Positions 28,995 through 36,914 of a stretch of DNA of 36,914 nucleotides are shown in pieces. The stretch is from an uncultured Eubacterium sp. (GTDB taxonomy: Bacteria; Bacillota; Clostridia; Lachnospirales; Lachnospiraceae): NCBI GenBank assembly GCA_945648485.1, contig CALZFR010000001.1:1-36914 (forward strand). Reading direction: 5' to 3'. A program made the position numbers and the translations under genes. Below the pieces are notes generated by a model. That model saw only the letters and a program-made list of their open reading frames with translations, was not told the DNA's origin and searched no databases. Position 1 is the stretch's first letter; every line of letters starts with the position of its first letter.

Positions 28995-29980
28995 CGATAT
29001 AATCTCCCCTGGTGTATGTCATTTTCACGAAAATATTTTATAATGCTGTTATAAACAAGCTTTTTATTGCTGCTCCATAATGGTGCAATAAGCAAATTCT
29101 TAGGTCCATCCCCTGTAATGCGGTGGATTGCCATATTTTCTGGCAGAATCTGTATGATTTCAGCCAGTGTCTTAATGTATTCATCCATTGACATTATATG
29201 AAATTCATTGCTGCAGAAGCAGGTGGCAAGGTCTGTTCCTTTAAGGACATGAAGAAGTGCTATCTTAATTCCGTCAGCTCCTGAGGATGAAATGTATTTT
29301 GCAGTGTTAAGATAATCCTTCTGGGATTCTCCCGGCAGGCCTGCAATCATATGGACTATTGTATATATGCCAGCTTCTTTCAGCATCTTAATTGCTGTGT
29401 CGTATACGTTAAGTTCATATCCCCTTCTTATAAAATGTGCCGTATCAGGATTAACAGTCTGCAATCCCAATTCCACCCATACTGGCTTAATCTGGTTAAG
29501 CCGTGAAAGAAGTGAAATAATCTTGTGGTCTAGACAGTCTGGTCTTGTGGCAATTGACAGTATTCTTATATCATCCCTGTTAATGCAATGGGTAAAAAGC
29601 TTCTCAAGATACTCATATGGAGCATAAGTATTAGTGTAGGACTGGAAATATCCAATGAAGTCATTACCATTGTATTTGGACGATATAAGGGCTTTACCAG
29701 CTTCAATCTGTTTGTCAATGCTTACAAGAGGGGCATGCGGCTGCCCATTGAAACTAGGGGTAGGGACGTAATCTGCATAACCGGCTGGATTACATTTTCT
29801 ATAAACAGCGTCTCCTGCAAAATCCCCTGAACCTCCGGCACTGCAGAATATACAGCCCCTTGTATCAATAAGCCCATCCCGGTTGGGACATGTCATCCCA
29901 CCGTTCAGGGCTATTTTGTACATTTTGACACCATAAGTGTCTTTAATATATTCATTTACAGAATAAAAATATGGTCTCAT
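28991..29980 (-). CDS. TIGR01212-family radical SAM protein (YhcC/YtqA-like)
   Basis: CPNRDG..GCIFC (Cx11Cx2C), YFQSYTNTY, TRPDC, VELGLQT, IHRITGD. Confidence 0.9.
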   Translation of the reverse strand: MRPYFYSVNEYIKDTYGVKMYKIALNGGMTCPNRDGLIDTRGCIFCSAGGSGDFAGDAVYRKCNPAGYADYVPTPSFNGQPHAPLVSIDKQIEAGKALISSKYNGNDFIGYFQSYTNTYAPYEYLEKLFTHCINRDDIRILSIATRPDCLDHKIISLLSRLNQIKPVWVELGLQTVNPDTAHFIRRGYELNVYDTAIKMLKEAGIYTIVHMIAGLPGESQKDYLNTAKYISSSGADGIKIALLHVLKGTDLATCFCSNEFHIMSMDEYIKTLAEIIQILPENMAIHRITGDGPKNLLIAPLWSSNKKLVYNSIIKYFRENDIHQGRLYR

Positions 29981-29986
29981 GAATAA

Positions 29987-31141
29987 TTACTTCTCAATGT
30001 GGTCCATAACTGCCTTGCAGACAGCATCTGTTACTTTAGGGTCAAATGCTTCAGGAAGAATATTAGTGTCAGAAAGCTCTGAGTCAGGAATGAGGTTTGC
30101 AATGGCAAGTGCAGCAGCCAGCTTCATATCCTCAGTAATCTGCTTTGCACGTCCTTCAAGAGCTCCTTTAAATATTCCAGGGAAAGCAATAACATTGTTA
30201 ACCTGGTTAGGGAAATCAGAGCGTCCTGTACCTACAACTCTTGCTCCGGCAGCTTTGGCTGCGTCTGGCATTATCTCTGGAACAGGATTTGCCATGGCAA
30301 AAAGGATAGAATCCTTGTTCATTGAAGCAACCATCTCAGGAGTTACGATGTTAGGAGCAGATACTCCCACAAATACGTCAGCACCCTTTAATGCGTCTGC
30401 AAGAGTTCCTGTCTTGCCTTCAAGGTTAGTTACATCCATCATTGATTTCTGCATCCAGTTAAGGCCCTCTGAAGTCTTAGAAAGGATACCTGATTTGTCA
30501 CACATTGTAATATTCTTAAATCCATATGTAAGAAGAAGCTTGGTAATTGCTACGCCGGCAGAACCTGCACCATTAACAACAACTTTGCAATCCTCCTTGT
30601 TCTTGCCTGTAACCTTAAGTCCGTTAATAATACCAGCTAATACTACGATGGCAGTTCCGTGCTGGTCATCATGGAAAACAGGAATGTCGAGGATTTTCTT
30701 TAATCTTTCTTCGATTTCAAAACATCTTGGAGCAGATATATCTTCAAGGTTAATTCCGCCAAATGCAGGTGCTATGTTAACAACTGTTTTAATGATTTCT
30801 TCAGTATCCTGGGTATCAAGACAGATTGGAACGGCGTTAACACCGCCAAATGACTTGAATAAGACAGCTTTTCCTTCCATAACAGGCATAGCGGCATATG
30901 CGCCGATATTTCCAAGACCAAGAACAGCACTTCCGTCTGAAACCACGGCAATAGTGTTGGATTTGATTGTGTATGTGTAAGCTGCATCTTTATCCTTGGC
31001 AATTACTTTACAAGGTTCTGCAACTCCTGGTGTATAAGCCAGAGCAAGATCTTCTCTTGTTGTGATACTCATTTTTGGTGTTGTCTCGAATTTACCTTTC
31101 CACTCTTCATGAAGTGCGAGAGCTTTCTCTGCGTTAGTCAT
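29987..31141 (-). CDS. NAD(P)-dependent malic enzyme (short, YtsJ-type)
   Basis: AYTPGVA, DGSAVLGLG, PVMEGK, NLEDI, FHDDQHGTA, GAGSAG, NQVNN; GGAGG RBS. Confidence 0.95.
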   Translation of the reverse strand: MTNAEKALALHEEWKGKFETTPKMSITTREDLALAYTPGVAEPCKVIAKDKDAAYTYTIKSNTIAVVSDGSAVLGLGNIGAYAAMPVMEGKAVLFKSFGGVNAVPICLDTQDTEEIIKTVVNIAPAFGGINLEDISAPRCFEIEERLKKILDIPVFHDDQHGTAIVVLAGIINGLKVTGKNKEDCKVVVNGAGSAGVAITKLLLTYGFKNITMCDKSGILSKTSEGLNWMQKSMMDVTNLEGKTGTLADALKGADVFVGVSAPNIVTPEMVASMNKDSILFAMANPVPEIMPDAAKAAGARVVGTGRSDFPNQVNNVIAFPGIFKGALEGRAKQITEDMKLAAALAIANLIPDSELSDTNILPEAFDPKVTDAVCKAVMDHIEK

Positions 31142-31173
31142 AATAAACCTCCGTTAATATCATAATTACTTAA

Positions 31174-31225
31174 ATGATACCAAATGCAAAAATAATTTGC
31201 AACAAATGTAAGAAACGTGTATAAT
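31174..31225. promoter_or_regulatory. Overlapping divergent sigma-A promoters (malic enzyme operon and rho)
   Basis: Palindromic TTGCAA at 31197-31202. Plus strand: 17 bp to TATAAT (31220-31225). Minus strand: 17 bp to TATCAT (31179-31174) with extended -10 TG. Confidence 0.65.
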
Positions 31226-31344
31226 TATTTCCAGCGATTAAATCTTTATGCTGCATAAAGTTTTGCAGTTATCTAGATGTATTTCAAAAATCTTTTTTTT
31301 CCACTAGTTTATAAAAATATATTTTAAATCTGGGAGAATATGGT

Positions 31345-32844
31345 ATGCGTGAAAAATTAGAAACATTGTCTTTAAGCGTTTTACGTGAATTCGCAAAGGA
31401 CAAGAAGATTAAAAACATATCTTCATTAAGGAAGGCTGACCTTATCGACGCGATTCTTAAGGCACAGGAAGAGGAAGATAAACAGAAAAAGGAATTTAAA
31501 GATTCCAGGCCGGTTCAGAAAAAAACTGTAGTTAAGCCGGAGGGGCACACGCATGTGGCGGAAACTGGTGCACAGGCAGATACGCAGAATCCACAGGCAA
31601 CAGGCGCCGGAAGCGCTTCAGCAGCAGGAACTGGCAGTACTACAGCAACGGGCACCGGCAGCACTTCGGCAGCAGGAACTGGCAGCCCACAGAATCCTTC
31701 AGAGCCTAAGCCTCAGCGTCCTTTAGAGTATGCTGACGGAATTCTTGAGGTTTTAAGTGAGGGATATGGATTTATCAGATGCGAGAATTTCCTTCCGGGA
31801 GATAATGACGTATATGTTTCTCCATCACAGATAAGGAAGTTTAACTTAAAGACAGGAGATATTGTAAGAGGACCTAAAAGGCAGAAGACTAAGGATGAGA
31901 AGTTTTCAGCTCTTATGTATCTTGAGTCTGTCAATGGCTTTGACCCTATGGCAGCCACAAGAAGACCTTCATTTGAAACACTTACACCTGTATTTCCTAA
32001 TGACAGGATTCATCTTGAGAAGAACAGCAATACACTTGCTATGAGAATGGTTGACCTCATATCTCCAATTGGCAAAGGTCAGCGAGGAATGATTGTTTCC
32101 CAGCCTAAATCTGGTAAAACAACACTTCTTAAGCAGATTGCCAATGCTGTAACCAGGAACAACCCTGAAATGCATCTTATAATACTTCTCATAGATGAAA
32201 GACCTGAGGAGGTTACAGACATTAAAGAGTCTATAATCGGTGATAATGTGGAAGTTATTTATTCAACATTTGACGAGCTTCCAGAAAGACATAAGAGAGT
32301 ATCTGAGATGGTTATTGAGCGTGCCAAGAGACTTGTAGAGTACGGTCAGGATGTAATTATTCTTCTGGACAGCATAACAAGACTTGCAAGGGCCTATAAC
32401 CTTACGGTAACTGCCAGCGGAAGAACTTTGTCAGGTGGTCTTGACCCGGCAGCATTACATATGCCAAAGCGTTTCTTTGGTGCTGCCAGAAATATGCGTG
32501 AGGGAGGAAGCCTTACTATTCTTGCAACAGCTCTTGTTGAGACAGGAAGCAAGATGGATGATGTAGTCTTTGAGGAATTTAAGGGAACAGGTAACATGGA
32601 GCTTGTATTAGACAGAAAACTTTCTGAAAAGAGAGTGTTCCCTGCAATTAATATAGCCAAATCCGGAACAAGAAGGGATGACCTTCTTCTTGATGCTGAT
32701 GAACAGCAGGCAATGGATATCGTTCACAAAGCCTTAAGTGGTCTTAAGACAGATGAAGCTGCAGAGCGGATTCTGGACCTGTTTGCCAAGACCAGGAATA
32801 ATCAGGAATTTGTGCAGACAGTAATAAAAAACAGATATGTTTAA
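31345..32844 (+). CDS. rho: Transcription termination factor Rho with N-terminal insertion
   Basis: Rho_N helix bundle, [25 protein letters not shown]-loop [31 protein letters not shown]. Confidence 0.98.
   Translation: MREKLETLSLSVLREFAKDKKIKNISSLRKADLIDAILKAQEEEDKQKKEFKDSRPVQKKTVVKPEGHTHVAETGAQADTQNPQATGAGSASAAGTGSTTATGTGSTSAAGTGSPQNPSEPKPQRPLEYADGILEVLSEGYGFIRCENFLPGDNDVYVSPSQIRKFNLKTGDIVRGPKRQKTKDEKFSALMYLESVNGFDPMAATRRPSFETLTPVFPNDRIHLEKNSNTLAMRMVDLISPIGKGQRGMIVSQPKSGKTTLLKQIANAVTRNNPEMHLIILLIDERPEEVTDIKESIIGDNVEVIYSTFDELPERHKRVSEMVIERAKRLVEYGQDVIILLDSITRLARAYNLTVTASGRTLSGGLDPAALHMPKRFFGAARNMREGGSLTILATALVETGSKMDDVVFEEFKGTGNMELVLDRKLSEKRVFPAINIAKSGTRRDDLLLDADEQQAMDIVHKALSGLKTDEAAERILDLFAKTRNNQEFVQTVIKNRYV
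31597..31692 (+). repeat. In-frame tandem repeat, 4 x 24 nt (2 x 48 nt), inside rho
   Basis: Encodes ATGAGSAS / AAGTGSTT / ATGTGSTS / AAGTGSPQ; units 2 and 4 share GCAGCAGGAACTGGCAG. Confidence 0.85.
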
Positions 32845-32851
32845 AAATGTG

Positions 32852-32880
32852 TTGCATATTTTTCTGGTATATGATACAAT
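32852..32880 (+). promoter_or_regulatory. Putative sigma-A promoter of rpmE
   Basis: TTGCAT-17 bp-TACAAT with extended -10 TG. Confidence 0.7.
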
Positions 32881-32968
32881 GTCAAAGCTGCTTATGGATA
32901 ACAAAGATTACTTTGTAAGCTTAAGTCTTGCAAATATTTAATAAAGTATGTATAAAGAGGTGAAAATC

Positions 32969-33175
32969 ATGAGAGAAGGAATCCATCCAGAATACTATCA
33001 GGCAAAGGTTGTCTGCAACTGTGGTAACGAGTTCGTAACAGGCTCAACTAAGGAAGATCTCCACGTAGAAATCTGTTCTAAGTGCCATCCATTCTACACA
33101 GGCCAGCAGAAGGCTACATCAGCACGTGGACGTATTGATAAGTTCAATAAGAAGTACGGCGTTAAGAACGATTAA
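32969..33175 (+). CDS. rpmE: 50S ribosomal protein L31 (zinc-binding type)
   Basis: [32 protein letters not shown]; GAGGTG RBS. Confidence 0.97.
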   Translation: MREGIHPEYYQAKVVCNCGNEFVTGSTKEDLHVEICSKCHPFYTGQQKATSARGRIDKFNKKYGVKND

Positions 33176-33190
33176 TTATTGCTGTTTATT

Positions 33191-33227
33191 AAGGTTGGGG
33201 TCGTATATGCCTCAACCTTTTTTCTTT
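33191..33227 (+). terminator. Intrinsic terminator after rpmE
   Basis: AAGGTTGGGG / CCTCAACCTT stem followed by TTTTCTTT. Confidence 0.8.
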
Positions 33228-33316
33228 CGTTGTGCAGCAGCGGCACATATATTACTGACAGGGAAGGTTAGAAGCTGACCTGTTTATTGATTATCGCTGC
33301 AGAAAAGGAGATAGGA

Positions 33317-34630
33317 ATGAAAACATCAGGAATCGGTGGTCAGGCTGTTATCGAAGGAATCATGATGCGTAATAAGGATAAGTATTCTATTGCGGTTCGT
33401 AAGCCTGATAATGAAATAGAGGTTGTTGTCAAGGAAAGCCAGCCAATTACGGAGAAGTACAAGTGGCTTAAGCTCCCGGTAATCCGTGGAGTGGTATGTT
33501 TTGTAGATTCTCTTGTTATGGGTATATCTACACTTACTTATTCAGCCAGTTTCTATGACGATCCTGCGGAGCAGAAGACAACTAAGGCTGATGAACTGGG
33601 AAAGGCTATTTTCAAGGATAAGCTGGAATCAGTTTTGATGGCATTTACAGTTGTTCTGGCTGTAGTTATCGCACTTGGATTATTCATGTTTCTTCCATAT
33701 GTTATTTCCAGACTTCTGGTTAAGTTCATATCTTCCCAGTTTGTTTTAAATCTGGTAGAGGGTCTGGTGAGAGTCCTTATATTTATTGCATATCTGGCAT
33801 TGGTGTCACATATGAAGGATGTGGGAAGAACATTTATGTATCATGGCGCTGAACACAAATGTATCAACTGTATTGAGAACGGATACAGCCTTACAGCTGA
33901 TAACGTCATGAAAAGTTCCCGTTTCCATAAGAGATGCGGAACAAGCTTTATGTTCCTTGTTATGTTTATAAGTATCATTTTCTTTATATTTATAAGAGTT
34001 GAGAATACGGGACTTCAGATATTGATAAGGCTGCTGCTTATACCTGTTGTGGCAGGTGTTTCCTATGAAATCTTACGGGCAGCTGGAAAGAATGACAACA
34101 GTAAGTTCCTTAATATAATCAGTGTTCCGGGAATTGCAATGCAGAAGCTTACAACGAAAGAGCCGGACAGAAGAATGGTTGAGGTTGCAATCAAAGCTGT
34201 AGAAGCTGTATTTGACTGGAAAGAGTTTGTTACAGAATATCATCAGGATGATGAGAATTTTGAAATTGAAGAGTCTAAACCAGAGGATTTCGTAACTGAG
34301 GAAGAAAAATACGAAGAACAGCTTAAACAGCAGGAATCTTTAAAGGAAGCCCTTAAGAATGAAGAGGCATCTGATGCAGGTTCAGAGTTTGAATCTGATG
34401 TAACTGGCAGTGCAGATGAGGATTTCCATGAGGATATGTTCACATTTGAGGATGAAGACGGCAATGAGATAGATGAAGAAACCTTCAGCCAGGACGGAAC
34501 AGAGGAAGATGAAGTTGATTCTGATGATGACGGAATCGTATTTGACGATGAAGCATTTGATGATGAGGATGAAGAAGAACTATTTGCTGATGATGTGCCA
34601 GTATTCAAGCAGAGAAAGCTTGATAAGTAG
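33317..34630 (+). CDS. DUF1385 (YqhQ-like) membrane protein with long acidic C-terminal tail
   Basis: IGGQAVIEGIMM, YHGAEHK, RFHKRCGTSF, LTTKEP motifs; TM helices; AAGGAG RBS. Confidence 0.88.
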   Translation: MKTSGIGGQAVIEGIMMRNKDKYSIAVRKPDNEIEVVVKESQPITEKYKWLKLPVIRGVVCFVDSLVMGISTLTYSASFYDDPAEQKTTKADELGKAIFKDKLESVLMAFTVVLAVVIALGLFMFLPYVISRLLVKFISSQFVLNLVEGLVRVLIFIAYLALVSHMKDVGRTFMYHGAEHKCINCIENGYSLTADNVMKSSRFHKRCGTSFMFLVMFISIIFFIFIRVENTGLQILIRLLLIPVVAGVSYEILRAAGKNDNSKFLNIISVPGIAMQKLTTKEPDRRMVEVAIKAVEAVFDWKEFVTEYHQDDENFEIEESKPEDFVTEEEKYEEQLKQQESLKEALKNEEASDAGSEFESDVTGSADEDFHEDMFTFEDEDGNEIDEETFSQDGTEEDEVDSDDDGIVFDDEAFDDEDEEELFADDVPVFKQRKLDK

Positions 34631-34633
34631 ATT

Positions 34634-35542
34634 ATGGAGAATATAACATACAGAGAGGCTGTGCTTAAGGGTGCAGCTTCTCTAAAATGCAGGGGTGTGG
34701 AATCACCTGAATATGACAGCCGGGAGCTTATGCTTAAGGCTGCGGGATTTGACAGTACCCAGTATCTGTGCAGAAGTACTGAGTTAGTTCCGACAGAGCA
34801 TCTTGCCACCTTCCAGGGATATATTGATAGGCGTATGAACAGAGAGCCTCTGCAGCACATTCTGGGAGAGGCATGCTTTTACGGAAGGTCATTTCTTGTT
34901 AATGAGAATGTTCTTGTACCAAGGCTGGATACGGAGGTTTTAGTAGAACAGGCCCTTAAGGTAACCCGTGATAATGATGCAGTGCTTGATATGTGTACAG
35001 GTTCGGGCTGCATTATTATTACAATGGCACTGGAAAGAGAGTTGTCCTTTGCATGTGGGTGCGATTTGTCAGATAAGGCACTGCTGGTTGCAGAATCTAA
35101 CCGGGCAAGGCTTATTCCCAAGGACAGATATTGCTTTGTTAATGCTGATGGGGATAATAAGGGTATTTTCAGGTTTTGTCAGGGAGATTTGTTTGATTCA
35201 CTGGATAAGAATTATGGCTTGAATCTGAAGCCTGTTAAGTTTGATGTGATAGTGTCTAATCCGCCATATATAGAGACAGAGGTAATTAACACTCTCTCTG
35301 ATGAAGTAAGGCTTCATGAGCCGGTTATGGCTTTAGATGGAAGTGCGGATGGATTAGAGTTTTACCGCAGGATATCGGCAAAAGCGCCGGAATATTTAAA
35401 CCTAAGCGGCTATCTGCTCTATGAAATCGGATATAATCAGGGACAACAGGTTTCAATGATTATGGAAGAGGCAGGATTTAGAGATGTCGAAATAATAAAG
35501 GATCTGGCAGGTCTTGACAGAGTTGTGAAGGCCAGGTTGTAA
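34634..35542 (+). CDS. prmC: Release factor glutamine N5-methyltransferase
   Basis: EPLQHILG, VLVPRLDTE, LDMCTGSGCI, SNPPY; adjacent to prfA. Confidence 0.96.
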   Translation: MENITYREAVLKGAASLKCRGVESPEYDSRELMLKAAGFDSTQYLCRSTELVPTEHLATFQGYIDRRMNREPLQHILGEACFYGRSFLVNENVLVPRLDTEVLVEQALKVTRDNDAVLDMCTGSGCIIITMALERELSFACGCDLSDKALLVAESNRARLIPKDRYCFVNADGDNKGIFRFCQGDLFDSLDKNYGLNLKPVKFDVIVSNPPYIETEVINTLSDEVRLHEPVMALDGSADGLEFYRRISAKAPEYLNLSGYLLYEIGYNQGQQVSMIMEEAGFRDVEIIKDLAGLDRVVKARL

Positions 35543-35638
35543 ACAATGTCTGTGGGCAGTGTCACAGATAATTATCATATAAGTTTGATTAATGTAATTT
35601 CGCATATAACACTGGGGAATGGAGATGGATAAATAATT

Positions 35639-36715
35639 ATGGATATGTTTAACAGACTTGAGGATATTGTAAACAGATATGAGGATATAACAGCGGAGCT
35701 CAGTAATCCTGATGTGGTTAATGACCAGAATAAATTCCGTAGTCTCATGAAGGAACAGAATAATATTCTTCCGATTGTTACAGCTTTCAACGAATATAAG
35801 AGCTGCAAGCAGAATATTGATGATAGTCTTGCCATGCTGAATGAAGAAAGCGATGAAGAACTGCTTGAGATGGCTAAAGAGGAGCTTAACTCTTCCAAGA
35901 AGAGAGTGGAGGAGCTGGAAAATGAGATTAAGATTCTGCTTCTTCCTAAAGACCCTAACGATGATAAGGATATTGTAATGGAAATCCGTGCCGGTGCAGG
36001 TGGAGAGGAAGCTGCTCTGTTTGCTGCTGAACTTTTCAGAATGTATACACATTATGTTGAGTCAAGAGGCTGGAAGATTGAAGTATTAAGTGCAGATGAA
36101 ACCGGTATTGGCGGAATGAAGGAAGTTGAATTCATGGTCAAAGGCCAGGGTGCTTATTCTGTTATGAAATATGAAAGTGGTGTCCACAGAGTACAGAGAG
36201 TTCCAGTTACTGAATCTAATGGACGAATCCAGACATCTACCGCTTCTGTGGCAGTTATGCCAGAGGCAGAGGAAGTTGATATCCATATTGATGAGAAGGA
36301 TATAAGAATTGATGTAATGCGTGCTTCGGGTAATGGTGGACAGTGCGTTAATACCACAGACTCTGCTGTGCGTCTTACTCATTATCCAACAGGAATTGTA
36401 ATCTATTCCCAGACTGAGAAATCTCAGATTCAGAACAAGGAAAAGGCATTTGCGTTACTTCGTGCAAAGCTGTACGATATGGAGACACAGAAGGCTCATG
36501 ATGCAGAGGCTGACGCAAGAAGAAGCCAGATTGGTACAGGAGACCGTTCTGAGAAGATAAGAACCTACAACTTCCCACAGGGACGTGTTACAGACCACAG
36601 AATCGGACTTACTCTATACAAGATTGACAAGGTTATGGATGGAGATATCCAGGAGTTGATTGATGGCTGTACAACAGCCGACCAGGCTGCCAAGCTGGCA
36701 AAGATGAATGAATAG
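35639..36715 (+). CDS. prfA: Peptide chain release factor 1
   Basis: PVT recognition loop (RVPVTES), [19 protein letters not shown]. Confidence 0.98.
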   Translation: MDMFNRLEDIVNRYEDITAELSNPDVVNDQNKFRSLMKEQNNILPIVTAFNEYKSCKQNIDDSLAMLNEESDEELLEMAKEELNSSKKRVEELENEIKILLLPKDPNDDKDIVMEIRAGAGGEEAALFAAELFRMYTHYVESRGWKIEVLSADETGIGGMKEVEFMVKGQGAYSVMKYESGVHRVQRVPVTESNGRIQTSTASVAVMPEAEEVDIHIDEKDIRIDVMRASGNGGQCVNTTDSAVRLTHYPTGIVIYSQTEKSQIQNKEKAFALLRAKLYDMETQKAHDAEADARRSQIGTGDRSEKIRTYNFPQGRVTDHRIGLTLYKIDKVMDGDIQELIDGCTTADQAAKLAKMNE

Positions 36716-36721
36716 GAACGA

Positions 36722-36914
36722 ATAGCACGAACGCAGATTAAATATAAGGAGACACAGACAGCTTGCTGGCTAGTGGCTCCTTATTTTAATCTATGTGAGA
36801 CAAACGAACCACGAGGAAATGCGAAGCATTTACGAGTGGGCGTTCGTGCTATGAGTGGAGCAGATTAAATATAAGGAGACACAGACAGCTTGCTGGCTAG
36901 TGGCTCCTTATTTT
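36722..36914. repeat. Intergenic palindromic repeat array (REP/BIME-like), truncated by the window edge
   Basis: 55 nt at 36733-36787 is identical to 36860-36914, and each copy is a hairpin. ATAGCACGAACGC (36722-36734) is inverted at 36840-36852. Confidence 0.85.

Noticed and set aside
29979-30980. 333-aa plus-strand ORF
   Set aside because: Lies almost entirely antisense to the malic enzyme gene; shadow ORF
34243-34860. 205-aa poly-Ser minus-strand ORF
   Set aside because: Simply the reverse complement of the GAT/GAA-rich acidic tail
36733-36914. Possible CRISPR array
   Set aside because: Only two repeats are visible; the repeat and linker are too long, the linker is itself palindromic, and there are no cas genes

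Overview
This is an AT-rich Firmicute chromosomal segment; gene content and style point to a spore-forming, chemotactic gut Clostridiales, most likely Lachnospiraceae (inference). The left part (1-21.5 kb) is mixed and partly accessory. It carries a pair of ABC half-exporters, an SDR dehydrogenase, an MCP-ktrB-ktrA-MATE cluster, a stand-alone TrpB2, a lipoprotein metallophosphoesterase, a group B-type [FeFe]-hydrogenase, Nudix, an alpha/beta hydrolase, DegV, a sortase-anchored protein, DUF3783, DJ-1 and a DD-carboxypeptidase. The right part is core housekeeping: ssp (SASP), tig-clpP-clpX-lon-engB, malic enzyme-TIGR01212 radical SAM-DUF4364 on the minus strand, and rho-rpmE-DUF1385-prmC-prfA. 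I saw no transposase, integrase, phage, tRNA/rRNA or CRISPR. I cannot claim a clearly new multi-gene system. The most unusual signals are non-coding or sub-genic: (1) a ~283-bp fold-back element with nested hairpins; (2) a second, unrelated palindromic repeat array after prfA; (3) an octapeptide tandem-repeat insertion in Rho; (4) a ~127-aa acidic/Phe tail on DUF1385; (5) one palindromic -35 hexamer shared by two divergent promoters; (6) several structured 5' leaders that I cannot assign to known RNA classes. Family calls come from motif recognition, not database searches.
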